DNA from: Phoronis australis
Taxonomy: Eukaryota; Animalia; Phoronida
Direction: 5' to 3'
Assembly: GCA_002633005.1 (NCBI GenBank)
Contig: NMRA01000020.1
Coordinates: forward strand, 149,621 to 213,620
DNA: 64,000 nt
This document shows, piece after piece, positions 1-13,400 of the stretch. The notes beneath the pieces are model-generated. The model made no database searches. It was not told where the DNA came from and saw nothing but the letters and a program-made list of their open reading frames with translations. A program made the position numbers and the translations under genes. The stretch's first letter is position 1. Each line of letters opens with the position of its first letter.

Positions 1-202
1 AAGAGTCCATTGTTTCATTTTCAAATCCTGCTACGTCGTTTGTAAAAGTCAAGACTTTTGCACTACCACAAGTGGGGTTTCCTAGTTTTGGCGAGTTCAT
101 TTCCCATTTGACTGCATTTGCCTACTTTACTTTATTTATTGCAGTTTCACCAAGTCCATGACTCCACAACGAGAATGAGACATGTAGTGAGACATTATTT
201 GA

Positions 203-830
203 CCTGTCTCACTGCTGCGCTGGCCTTCTTGCATCTGCCGCGCGCCCTCTGTCGGCATCGAGAGACGACTGTTGTTTGTCTTGGAGACTGTCGACGGCGG
301 CTATCCGGCCCATATGCCGGTAATGGCCAATGAGGACGCAACATGAATATTAATTAAGCAGCCCTGCAGCCGATACACGTGCTGGGATGCAGAGCGGCAT
401 TCGACATCCAGACTGCAAACTAAAACAGACCTGTTGACTCGGAGCTCGACCACGGAACTAAGATGTAAGGTAAGAGATCTTAAGAAATTACTACATTGGC
501 GTAGTTGCTGTTTAGCGAACTAGCTTAACTGCGTGTTCGCAAATGAAGAAAAAACTCATTTGGACACGATGCTGAGGGAGGGGTTATTGAACTGTCTACA
601 CTACAGACATGACACTAGTCACTAGACAAGCCATGTTACATATACGGTGAGTGTGCCTAAGTCAATTGAAGTTTAGTTGTGAGATATTATGATGATGATG
701 AAAACAATGGTGACGAACTCTATATTGTAAAACTCACCAGTTTGCCTGATAAACTTGATGCAGCTCGGCTGCTAGTGGACAGCAACGACGAAAAAAACTG
801 CTATCCGCAAGATGGCGCGAGCACGGTGAC
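203..830 (-). other. Possible 5' exons of a minus-strand gene running off the left edge
   Basis: Locally GC/CpG-rich; donor gtgagt at ~738, acceptor tttgcag at ~413, donor gtcaaa at ~203; product not recognisable. Confidence 0.3.
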
Positions 831-1004
831 CATTGTTTCTCACCTCTAATTACAAAAGACATCTAACCACTTCGATATTCCTGAGCGTTCCATTTGCTCA
901 TAACATTTTGCATATAATAAAAGTCGCCAGAGATTTGTCAAAGACTTGTCATATTTAGTGAAAACATAAATATTTGAAAATTTGTTTCCCTAAAAATTTA
1001 CCAA

Positions 1005-1195
1005 TTGCAAGTTTTCAACAGTCGATGTATCCCTTCATATGTTTTTTGTTCACAGAAGACTGAAAATATTACTGCGTCCAGGATGAATGTGAGCGAGTGA
1101 TTGGGAAAGCACCACAGATGACAACATTGTGCGTATTCATCCCAGTTCAATCTTACCGCTTATTTATATTTTCTATGAGTATGACTGAATAAATG
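1005..1195 (+). repeat. Interspersed repeat, second copy at ~18070-18260
   Basis: Shared tgcaagttttcaacagtcgatg...agaagactgaaaat...gaatgtgag...catcccagtt...gagtatgact. Confidence 0.8.
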
Positions 1196-2269
1196 TTCCA
1201 AATCGGCCGTGAAATTATTAGCTTGCTGCTGGCAGTCTGCTACCGGGAAGTAGCTGAGGGGATATATGGCACGATGTAGGGCAAAGTGAAAACGTGCATT
1301 TTAAATTGTGTCGGTTTTTGACAGTGAAATCGACACATTTCGTTTCTCAACTAAAACCCACAAAAACTTGGTGATTAAACTACGATCACCCCATCGTCAC
1401 TTTCCGGCACCGGGCCTGACAGCGGGCGCGAACTCATGAGTGTATTTTTATTGTAGTATTATGTATATTATCAAATAACATAGTAATAACGATAACGACA
1501 ACACTAACGCCAACGACAACGATAATAATATCTGTCTGTTCATTTTGGCTATAACATGCAATTCTGAAGTCATGACCCCTGGCAGTTTGCGGGAGGAATA
1601 GCAAAAATCTGACAAAGAGTGACAATCATGTTTTCCACTCAGTGTTCTGTGTGTTGAAGATTTGCGGAGAGAATTGCAAAAATCTCGACTATTTGCCGAC
1701 ACTGTATGACCGGGATGGTGTTGGCTAACGAGCCCATGGTTGTCGGGAACTAGCAATTATTTGCCCGACAAACTTGTGACAATATATGAGCCAACGAGGT
1801 CGTTGAAAGTTTTTCGACTGAATAACAAAAATCCCAGTACTTGACCGACGAGGATATGTGGCGTAGTGGTGGTTAGCCAAAGAAATCGTTGAAAAGTTTG
1901 TAGGTTGAATAGCAGACCGACAAGCTACAATGTGACCAACCATTCATATCGTTGCCGGAATGATTTGTTTGCTCTTTATCAACTTTTTGACCGACCTGTC
2001 CGTTAAAGACCAAAAATAGTTTATTTGGCCGACTTAATTGTTGGGCAAATAGCGTCAATCGGTACAACAGGAATTAAAACACTAGTACAAAAGTGGCCTT
2101 TTCATTTGTGAGCATTGTTTGCGCATTTGCAAAATGGCTTTCCATCCATTAGAAATGTTTGGAAAGATTCGTGAAAGAGTTTGCCACTATTTTGCTTTGA
2201 TTATCGGTTATATTTGTTGTATTTTGATGGACGCAAATTGAAGGTTTTTTCCTGAGATGTTTTTGCTTT

Positions 2270-2651
2270 GTTATGGCCGGGACATGACTGGCTGGACTAC
2301 TTGGAAAAGAAAGAATGAGAAACTCTTGAAGAGTTCCTTATTTCAAATGGCGATGGACATAAAAGACAAATGCCAAAGGCCGGCCTTGTTAATCTTCTGT
2401 GAAACAATGTTGCAGAGAAAATACACCCAGATGGAGTGTGCAACAATGATACCCTCCATGTCGAAGAAGAGCAAGAAAACCTAATTCCTGAAGAGGCTGC
2501 GATCGACTTAAAAGTCAATGCAAAAGATGGTGAAAGAAGACTATTCTGTGACGGGCTCGTAAACCTTCTGCGTAAGAACATTGCCGACAGAAAAAATGGC
2601 TACTCTGCAGTTCTTGATTTCGATGACCATGCATGCTACCACATTATTTGA
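2270..2651 (+). pseudogene. Decayed coding fragment with internal peptide repeat
   Basis: One frame reads ...ETLEEFLISNG..KAGLVNLL*NNVAEK...DGLVNLLRKNIADRK with two stops. Confidence 0.3.
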
Positions 2652-3981
2652 ATGAGATTCTGACGTCATTGTCAAATGTCGATAGTGCCCTGCCCCTCCC
2701 CCCCCCCAAATAAACGTCCGTTTTTTGAATGCTTTATGAAATAGGACTCCCCAGTTTAGGATAATGAGGTGACAATCCCTGTATCGTTTTCGACCCCTTC
2801 CACTGACGTTGTTCATACGAAGAAGTACCTTTTAAAGGTACCTTCGTTCTTGAAAGAAAGTCTAAATTCACCGGCAATTTTTATATTGTTTCCTGAGCGA
2901 CTAAGCTCCATTTTAATAGAGATGAATTTCCACAAACAATTAACTACATGCCTCATTGGTGTATGTACACACAAGAAGTCTGTCAAAAAGGCTGCTTGAT
3001 CAATACATGCGTGTTGACGTTGGCACACGCATATTCTTTTACACGCATGCACCCTATTAGTGACTAAGGTCGGAATATTTCTAAAACTTGCCAAGGTGGA
3101 ATAAAGCGCTTTCTAAATTACCGAGCGTTTTCTTTGTGACGAAGTTCCAGATAACACGAATTCCCACCAACAATTGGCTGCACCTAGGTGGCGAGCATTG
3201 CCGACACGAAGACTATCATAGGAAAAAAAAAAACAGCATGAAGCGAACTCAAAGATGTCGGAATCAAACACCCAGCCCTTGTATCATGAAAAACAAATCG
3301 ACATTAATTTCTAGATTTGAGACAATTAAAATGAAAGGCCTGAATCAGGTATGCGTCTTGAGGAACATGTCTCCCGGGTGGTGATAACTACATTGCCTTC
3401 CAAAAATGCGCAAAGACAGTGATGCACGATGATTACACGTGTGCGAACACGCACACACCCAAACTCTTAGATGCATTTAACTTATTTGGAACAAAAGTCG
3501 AAAAACGGGCCTTAACCCTGCTCTGTGGTTGCACACGATGGAATAAAAGCACTTTCAAAACTAAACTTGAAGTAGGAATGATGTATCCAATTACACTGTT
3601 TTCTGAGGTTATTTGTTTCAAGCTAAGCAATACGAATTTGCTTAACCGATTGGGTATACGTCTCATAGATGATGGAAAGTATCTACAAAAAGTCCATAAA
3701 AAACAAGGATGCTTGATCAACACGCGCGTGCAGTGAAACACATGAGCTATAGCGCATACTCCTTATTTATTACTAGTGTCCAAATGAGACTCAACCTTGA
3801 CAAACGGCTCACACCTGGTGGAATGAATGCCCTTTCAAAATTACCTACATGAACGCCACTTAAAGTACGCCGGATACTGTTCTCTGAGTAGCTTGTGTTT
3901 CACAATTCCTTATTAAATGAATTCCCATGACACATTAGCTACATGTCTCATACATCGGTGGGGCCGAAATTGTACGTGACT

Positions 3982-4137
3982 CAGGGGCTGATCCAGCATT
4001 TTGAGTTAGGGCGGGTCAGAGCAGAGTATTAGACAAGATTTTCCCGTCAGGCATTCGCACTTCCGAACTGCCAAATCGCCCTGGGAGAATTTTAGGGGGG
4101 CCATATCCTCCTAGGCTCCCTCTAAATCTGCCATTGA
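3982..4137. mobile_element. Short hAT-type MITE
   Basis: caggggctgatccag ... ctaaatctgccattg imperfect TIRs; sits between two decayed tandem units (3785-3926, 4135-4264). Confidence 0.45.
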
Positions 4138-4538
4138 GACTCAAGCCAGCCAAATGGCCACATCTGGTTGAACGAAAACCCTTACAAAATCGCCTACGTC
4201 ACTAAAGCACGTATACTGTTTTCTGAGTAGGTATGGTTCACATGTTCCCGATTAAATGAATTCCAAGGTAAAAAGTGGATCATAGAATGGTTTTGGAAAA
4301 AAATCAACCAAAAGAAAATCCAACCCACGAATCATATGAAATGCGTCCGTCACACGGAATTGCGCGTAGCGTACAAAAACGCATCTATTCGAATTCTAGA
4401 TTTCAAAAATTGGAAAGACCAGCAACCCATGTTTTTTCAGAGCCCCTCAATAAACATGAGGGCCCTAATAATATTTGGTGCATGGAATTTCACAAAAACG
4501 GAAATCTCACATACCAGTCAATGCAGTATTTTAATTTA

Positions 4539-5435
4539 GGGATTATTATGAAACCCCCACACCCCACACCTCACCACCCCCTCGACCCACGACCTGTGGC
4601 GATAGATGTATCTTCGCGCTTTTTACGAATTTCGTAATCAAACCAAGTCGATGACTTTCCCATAAGACCGACGTACACGCGAATCTGCTCTGGCTCAAGT
4701 CTGGGCTGGGTTGCAAAAAACTTCAAAATTATCCGCTGGATAAGTTTGATTGTTGCATAACGACGTCAGGTGCATTGTTCAACAATGAAAACGTGATACG
4801 TGATAATGCGATGTCTTTGTTGCTATACGGCGTATAACTTTCATGCAATTGGGCCCTGGTGGAAAAAAATAGAAAGTCGCGTAAGAACATGATCTGAAAT
4901 AGCGTGCTATTGTTGTCACGGAAATAGTTGCACGAGCGGCTACCAAGGGTACTGTTCAAGTTAACTATGGAGAGAGTACGCTACATGAATTGACATAATT
5001 TCACATTTCTATTATTTGCTTTCTATTGTATACTCGTTTACAATATAATTCATGTAACGTTGAAATACTTTTTAGTGAACAGTTTGTATTTTCAAACTAT
5101 ATATACGGAAGAATTTACATATTAGTCGATTCAACGTTGGTAGGTCTTTGATTTCATTTGGTCGCGTTGTTTTTTGGTCACGTTGTTTTTTACTCTTTTT
5201 TGGCTTTCAAACTTGCCAAGTCGACTTTCTTAATTGCAAAAAACAGGGAGAAGCCAGCCGAGCTCACGGCCCGACTCGTTGGTCCTGCAAGCCCGAGTCA
5301 ACGTTTGCTCTATGTTCAGATCGAATCCAGCTTGTGTTGACTGAATCGAGGGTCGAGGCTGTGGGTCGTGGGTAGAGGGGGTTGTGGATCGAGGGGGTCG
5401 TGGGTGCGGGGGTCTAGGGGTTTTACAATAATCCG
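4539..5435. mobile_element. MITE-like element with TIRs and C-rich/G-rich subterminal repeats
   Basis: Left GGGATTATTATGAAACCCC vs right reverse complement CGGATTATTGTAAAACCCC. Confidence 0.65.
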
Positions 5436-6478
5436 AAAAAGAGTCCTATCACGGAATGAAATGAGACTAATTTACTAATTTTATGAAATGAAAAGGCCTA
5501 CTTTCGTGTTTTAGCCACCTAAGCAGGGCGAAATGGATTTTAAAAATTCTCTTCATTTTTCTTCAACTCGGCTTTTGAAACCAGAGACTAACATAAAGGA
5601 ACACTTCCACGGCACAAAGTTCATACTCAAGTTGCGGGGAAGTTCAGGAAAATAAGAGTTTATGGCACCAAGAGCGTGAAGCACGAGGAAATATTGAGAA
5701 AGCAACTAGGACGCGGAGAAGGGGTGCCCAGACCGCGGAGTTCCCTTTGTTTTTTTTTAGTCCACCGGTAGGTTTTCCGAATGGATGGTTCACACACCCG
5801 GCATGGGAGATGGGGTATCTGACACATGGGTAGTTTGGAGGACTGACTTCAAAAAGTATTCAGAATTTATGTCTGCTTACATGAACTTTTTATTCCAGTG
5901 GCAGCATGTCACGGAAACATGTAGGCGGATTTGTGAGGCAAAGGTGTCCCTAGTTATGAAAGAATAGTTTCGAACGCAGGACTGCAATTGCCTACTCCCT
6001 CATTCATGGTAGGGCGACCCGCGACATTTCCAGAGGGGCCTGATGGAGAAACGCAGCATTGCATTTTACAAAACATTCGTCTTTTTAAATAAAAAATCTT
6101 AATAAATATGGTCATGCGCATCTGTGCAAAGGGCTGTATCAAGTTTTCTTTAATTTGACTTTAAAATTTGGAAGCACGACAAAGCGCCTGTTTTCTAATG
6201 CTTGAAGATCCCCATACATGCTGCAATTTTCGGCTCTAAAATTGACAAATAATGTTCATCTAGTCTCCCTTCAACACGTTACGCTTTCTCATTGCCATAT
6301 TTCACCCAACTTTGCGAGGGAATTGCTTCCTGACCGGGACCACCTTAATAGCCTAAAGCGCCTACGACGTCATCACTGAGGTTTCACTACAGTCCTAAGT
6401 TATAGGTTCCATGACTTGAGTTTTCCAAGGGTTATTTCCACTGGCACCTTCAACAAAAACAACAACTGGGTAGTAGTA

Positions 6479-6484
6479 TTTATT
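6479..6484 (-). terminator. Candidate polyadenylation signal AATAAA of the CH-ankyrin gene
   Basis: tttatt on plus strand ~660 nt downstream of the stop, followed on the minus strand by a GT-rich tract. Confidence 0.5.
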
Positions 6485-7147
6485 GTCAATATGATAAAAT
6501 AGACATAAATATAACAGTTGAAACAAAAGTACATTCAACTTTCGCTCAGACAATACACCAAAACGTGCATACAACAATTACATACTTATGCACACAATGA
6601 CTGAACAGTGCATTTTCAACAAAAACAGGTGCCTCAAAAGAATCACGGCAAAGATAGTTTCGGTACCATACTGAGCTTATTAATAAAACGAACATTAATA
6701 ATAAAAGTACCACGCCCTTGGTAGGGTTGGTGACTCATCATTTAAACAAATGAACCTTTGAAACAGGTGCTAAGATGTTGACATTCAGTCGGATGTCATG
6801 ATTCAGTGGCTTCCCCTCCTTAGTGCTAGGTATACGGCCTATTGAGTTATATTAACTTCCTTAGAAATCAAGTATGGACATTGTAGTCAATGGCAGACGA
6901 AATTTTGTTACTACTTAGAATACACCAACTGAATATGCGACCTTCGTGTGAAAAATAGTTTGTGGAAGATGCAGGGATGCTGAAAATCACAATAGTTTAG
7001 AAGAAAAATTTCTCTTATCCAACAAGAACCATCTAAACTGAAGTCTATGTGGTCTCCTTGGCAATAGATGCTGATCTTTTTTGGAGTCTTGCAACATGTT
7101 TTGCTAAATGTGGCAGTTGAAAAAACCTTAGTTAAAGTGCCCTCTTC

Positions 7148-7407
7148 TCATCTGTATGTTATTGCAGACAACTGTTTACCCATGGTCAACGTTGGCAGTG
7201 ATCTCATACGATCGTAAGTGGGACGCCCGTCAGTGATGGCCGGATAAGATGACCTGTTGTTTTGCAGTGCCATCTGTGTCTGCTGTGTGGTGAAGCGAGA
7301 CATTAAAGCCATGGAGGACTGGTTAAGACCACCCCTAGATACCACCGGTGGTTTCACTTTTCTGCTGATGGCGCGGATCAGGTCACGGGCATGCTTAAGG
7401 CTGTACG
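7148..7407 (-). CDS. CH-ankyrin terminal exon (YSLKHARDLIRAISRK...AITYR*)
   Basis: ttccag acceptor, phase 1, TGA at 7150-7148. Confidence 0.8.
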
Positions 7408-10400
7408 CTGGAAAGAACAAGACAACAACAACTGACAATTTTTTCAATTTGTGTCATTTAAGTTACCTCTGGCAAGAGGTTGCTACCATATAACTTGTAA
7501 CCCCTTCAAAGGAGCGCTTGGTTGAGATCATAAAAACAAGAACCGCTAACAATTTTTAATAATTATATCTTTTGCGCTCCCATGCAGGTACACTATGTGT
7601 TTCAAAAGAGTAGTGCATATTGTCCAATACACGTTGCATTAGACGTGCACAAGCCACTCAGCAGGGCCCATCATTCACCTAAAACCATTTATTAAATATA
7701 CACATATAACACAAAAACACAAATTGAGACTGGGTTAAGGAGCTAGAGACCTGACTGAAGGGTCTAGCAGTGGGTTCCAGTGGGATTTGAACCCACAGCC
7801 TTGAGAACAGTAGGTGGACACTGGACCCACTGGGTCACACTGTCCCCTCTAACAATGCAAGTCTTCACATGAAAGAAAGAGTAGGAAAGACTTAACATCT
7901 GATGTCAGACATCATGTGGTAGTTGACTGTGTAAGACATCATGTGGTAGCTGTTGACTTTGTTAGTTACATCAGGACTCAGTGGAATCAATGCTTTGGAC
8001 GTACTCCTTTGTTTATTAGGAAGAAACAGGGTGTTTTCTGCAAGGCGAGTTTCTTGCTAGTTTGACAAGATAAATAAGATGCCGCCACTGAACAGCTAAA
8101 TGTTTTGCATGTAAGATGGCGCCACTGAACAGCTAAATGTTTTGAATGTATGCTCGTGACTTTATTACCATATGTTAGCTAAATGGCGACCACTGAAGTG
8201 ATTGCTAAGCGAGGCTGAAATTTTGGATTCTGGAAGAAAATTCAGTCTCTATTCCATAACCAAAATGTCTAGCTACAAGTGTCCTGAATGCAGCATCGAT
8301 ACTGTACCTTTGAGTCATTGTCAGAATACAAGCTAAGTGAACTCTGTAGTCAGGGATCCCCAGTCAAACTAGTGCCAACACCCACCCTTGGTACATAAAG
8401 CCCTCCCTGCAAGTCACACTAGTAGAACAAACAGTGGAGGAGACGACAGCTTTGAATGAGAACAGCTCAGTTATTGTCCTTTCTTTCATACTAATTACAG
8501 CCCATTTCCAACTCCCCCAGGTGTGATGAGTACCTTTAAGGCGGGCTTTGATTTCTTCAGAAAAGTATCCGCACTCAAGCCACTCATCAAAATCTTGAAC
8601 CACATCGAATGCCGACACTCCTAGACAGGGAAACAAAACTATTAGTAATTGCCTGTGGTTGCCAAATGCAGCGCTATGCAATAACAAAACTTATCAGCAC
8701 TATGAAAGACTCCACCTGATAAATTTCTTCAAAGCAAGTAGATAACTTTAAAATGTACGTAGTAAATTCATCAAATTCGAAATATTAATGAAAATAAACA
8801 GTGACTTTTTCATGCTATGCCCCTAAAGCGTAGTACAGTACATACCTTGTAAGTTGCGACACCTATAGTTGGCTCCGTTGCTAATGAGAACACTGGCGGC
8901 AAACTGGTTGTTGCTCTGTGTGGCAAAGAACAACGCCGTGTTGTGTTCGTTGTTGAATGCATCAATGTCAGCACCGTATGCCAACAACAGCTCCAGAACT
9001 TCTGTTGATCCTTGCATACTAGCCGCGTAGTGAAGAGCGCTAGAAGCAAAGAATCACACAACACATCAAGTATGGCTACTAATGTAAACAATTCAAGGAC
9101 CGTAACTACCATAACTCTCCACTNGTACCTTTGAGTCATTGTCAGAAGACTAGCTAAGTGAACTCTGTAGTCAGGGACCCCCAGTCAAACTAGTGCCAAC
9201 ACCCACCCTTGGTATATAAAGCCCTCCCTCCAAATCACACTAGTAGAACAAACAGTGGAGGAGACGACAGCTTTGAATGAGAACAGTTCAGTTACTGTCC
9301 TTTCTTTCATACTAATTACAGCCCATTTCCAACTCCCCCAGGTGTGATGAGTACCTTTAAGGCGGGCTTTGATTTCTTCAGAAAAGTATCCGCACTCAAG
9401 CCACTCATCAAAATCTTGAACCACATCGAATGCCGACACTCCTAGACAGGAAAAGAAAACTATTAGTAATTGCCTGTGGTTGCCAAATGCAGCGCTAGGC
9501 AATAACAAAACTTATCAGCACTATGAAAGACTCCACCTGATAAATTTCTTTAAAACAAGTACATAACCTTAAAATGTACGTAGTAAATTCTTCATCAAAT
9601 TCGAAATATTAATTAAAATAAACAGTGACTTTTTCATGCTATGCCCCCAAAGCGTAGTACAGTACACACCTTGTAAGTTGCGACACCTATAGTTGGCTCC
9701 GTTGCTAATGAGAACACTGGCGGCAAACTGGTTGTTGCTCTGTGTGGCAAAGAACAACGCCGTGTTGTGTTCGTTGTTGAATGCATCGATGTCAGCACCG
9801 TATGCCAACAACAGCTCCAGAACTTCTGTTGATCCTTGCATACTAGCCGCGTAGTGAAGAGCGCTAGAAGCAAAGAATCACACAACACATCAAGTATGGC
9901 TACTAATGTAAACAATTCAAGGACCGTAACTACCATAACTCTCCACTCATTCACACAAAAATCATTTCCAAACTTGCTGTTCTTCCATTTTTATAAAGCT
10001 GATTACTTTACTGCAAATTATGGAAATTTTACCTAAGTTCTTTCATGACATCTACAAAGTACAGACCGTGCTAGTAATAAACACAAGAGACATGCAAAAA
10101 CACACAGAACTCACCTGTTTCCACCAAAATATCGAGGATTCGGGTTTGCACCGCTGTCCAGTAAAAACTTCATGCAATCCCCCTGATGTTTACTATAAAG
10201 AGATGAATGCAGAAATATTGATAGAGATTATCACTCACCTAATAGCAAAATATCATGTAGAAAACCTTAATTATTTCCCGAACACACTTAGGAAGTAAAA
10301 TCAATGCTTCATCAGTCAGTGAAAAGGTTTTCAAGTTTCTGTGACACCTGGTTGAATGTGTCGATCATGATGCAAATGGCAAAGATAACCAATAGGTGAA

Positions 10401-13400
10401 ATATTGAAATTCAAAATGCTTGTGAAACATGAGATATCACCAGACGGGTTACATAAGGTGATTTCATTCGAGCCATTTCAATTACACTGGTGGTAGATTC
10501 ATATTATCACTTGTAAACCATGTTTTGTACAAAGTGCTCATGGGAAGAATCAACAATTAGTCGGACTTCAAAACCAGTCGGCTGGACTACAAAACCAAAC
10601 GGCCAGTGATCAGACATGTTGACTGGACTTCAAAATGTGATGGGTTCACCCTAAAACTAGTTGGCTGGACCCAAAACAAAATGGCTGGTGTTATAACCAG
10701 TTGGCTGGTGATCAAACACAACCGCCAGACTTCCTGAGACTCGCAGTGGATTCAAGTGACATCTAGCGTTCATTTTTGTACCCCTTTGTTTTGTTGTTCA
10801 ACCATTTTGTTTGAGTTCGGCCAACCCATTTTAGGTCCAGCCAACCAGTTTTTTGGGTGCAGCCATTTGGTTTTGAGGTACAGGACATCGCGTTTTGAGG
10901 TCCGACCACCAAGTCCAGCCAGCTGGTATTGAAATATGGGCAAGCAGTTTTAAAGCCAATTTTGATGCTTCAAAAGCAAATTCAGAATTTGGTCTATAAT
11001 AAAGACAGGTATACCCCTACAAAAACACAAAAATAGGTTGAAACAATGTTTCAGTATAGTCAGGGAAGGATAATTTGTAACATGAGCCATCCAAACCCTG
11101 ACAGGAATTCCACGTTCAGCACGATGCAATCTCCACTTTCAGAACAGATAACTGAATAAAGTTGAGATGTGTGTGAAATCAAAGAACCTAGAACAGCTAT
11201 GTGCATCGGCATGGTTTTCAAATTCTCCATATTTTGCATAATGATACTTACATTTTGATTTGTTCCATAATTATCCGCTGTACCAGAAGGTCAGGCTCGC
11301 CGTCTTTGAAGGAAAACCCATTACTGACTAGCCTAAACATAAAAAGAGTTCTCAAGTACAATGTTAAGTTTTACTAAATTAATCAATTAACTTGAAATAA
11401 AGCAACAGGAGGCTCTTTACTAATAGTTTGAAAATTCATAACTGTTGTCAACTTTCAAGCTCAAAAGCATTAAAATGTAATTTCTTAAAAAATTAAGTTA
11501 ATAACGGGATGAGGCATAATACCTCATTCCATGATGGTGTAACTGAATGAGTCATAACACATATTCCAATACAAAACAGTGGAGCCTGGTACTTAATGTC
11601 ATACTGGACAATAGAATTTTCCAGTTATTGTCAACAAATAGCAAAATATCCGGCATAATATCATGATTTACTGCCATATTCCCAGTTCCAGATATTGTCA
11701 TTAAAAAATCAGCAAAACTGGTTCTTACTCACCTATTAGCAGGCATACTGCCCCTTTCTACCTAAAAACCTACCTAATTCATATTCTGTCAATTCTTATC
11801 TGACCTCGGCACCGGGAGTAAAATTCGGCCAGGTTTCGAGTTTAGCTCTTACACTCAGACTATCATTGGCTTTGATCAGCTTATAAGAGCGGTTATGAAT
11901 GCTGGCAAGTCAAATATCCCACTCATTATCATAATTTACACCAAAACCGAGCATAAGCTCCACTACAATAACTTAAACCCAACTAACCAGTTGGCACAGT
12001 GCAGGAAGTCATTGGCTACAGCCAGATGTACAAGACTGGGAGGAGTACGAACGTCTTCACTTTCCAGCGCCTTCAAGAGAGCTCCCTCATCTTTGTCAGC
12101 ACGTAGTATTCGACCTATGGCATCAACCCGCCCTTGCATGGCACAACAGTGGATCGGCATCAGACCCTGAAATAAAAACAAGACATCTACTCAAGCGGAC
12201 AATGAAAGTTTGTAGACTTACAACAACACGACATGAGTTGGTATCAAGATCAGTGGTAGCTATGATCTGTTCTGTCCACCTTCTTGGTCTCGGTCTAACT
12301 CACAGTAGTACACTTATTGTCTATCTCATTTTGTTATTAGTCAACAGAGTGGTCCTTCTCCTACTAAACAGACAATGCAGCCACTGTCCGATGGCTTAAT
12401 TCTCTACCTATAACCATATAACTTACCCCACTAATACGTACTAAGACAATGACCCCTTGACCTACTAAAATACTAAAAAGTCAATGAAGCCAAATGTCTC
12501 GTGCTCAGCCCTGCTTAATCTGACTACAACTGTTTTACTTTTGTTACAAGCCACAAGATTGTCTTCCTGATCAATGCAGTCAATTTTGGATTATTATTAG
12601 TTTATTGTTCTTTAAGTTTACTGCCCTATGACTACCTCTGTTGTTAAGAGACATGAGAGGAGGCACAGTGGTTGAAAAGTGCCCGCTTTCTTTATTCAAG
12701 GTCATGGGTTTGAGTCCCACCAGGTCACACTGCTAAACACTGGAGCCAGGTTTCTAACTCCTCATCTCGGTTTAAACCATATATTTGTAAAGCATAAAAA
12801 TAGTTCTAGGTGATCAGTGCAATGGGCCCACATGCGAGGCCTGCGCACGTCTGGTACAACGTGTATCAGACTGCCTGCAATTGTTTTTTTTAAGAGACTA
12901 GTCAATACAGTTAATGTCTGGTAGCTTGTCATTCTGGCCTACAACTCCCTCTGTTGTTACAATTAAGCCCCAAGAGAAGCTCCCAGATCTACTAAAACGT
13001 CAATGCAGCCAATGACTATATAGTTTGCCATTCTCAGCTTGCAGCACTATCTTACCCTGTTGTTACGAGCCACGAGATTGGCTCCTTGTCCTACTAACAA
13101 ATCAATGCAGCCAATGTCTGATGGTTTGCCATTCTCTCCATAGCACTTCACGTGCAGTGGTGTGTTCCCTTCCGAGTCTTCTATGTTCACACGAGCCCCA
13201 GCATCCAACAAGATCTGGAAGCAACAAAAAATCATTTCAATCATTTTTTACACTAAATTCAGACTCTTACCATTTTTTGACGATTTGCTCAGCAAGTCTA
13301 CAAAAATTTCAATTAAGTCCTTAAAATCAAATTTCCAAGACTTAAAATTGCTAAATTTATACCTGTTTTAGACTAAACATGAATATGCATTTCAAGGTAA

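Larger units (their letters stand above)
8304..9947. repeat. ~820-bp near-identical tandem duplication joined at an N
   Basis: 8304-9123 vs 9125-9947; scattered substitutions and a 3-nt indel. Confidence 0.95.

Noticed and set aside
6360-6400. Hammerhead ribozyme (gaaacctcagtgatga on minus strand)
   Set aside because: Core elements are too close together and in the wrong arrangement, with no helices I/III.
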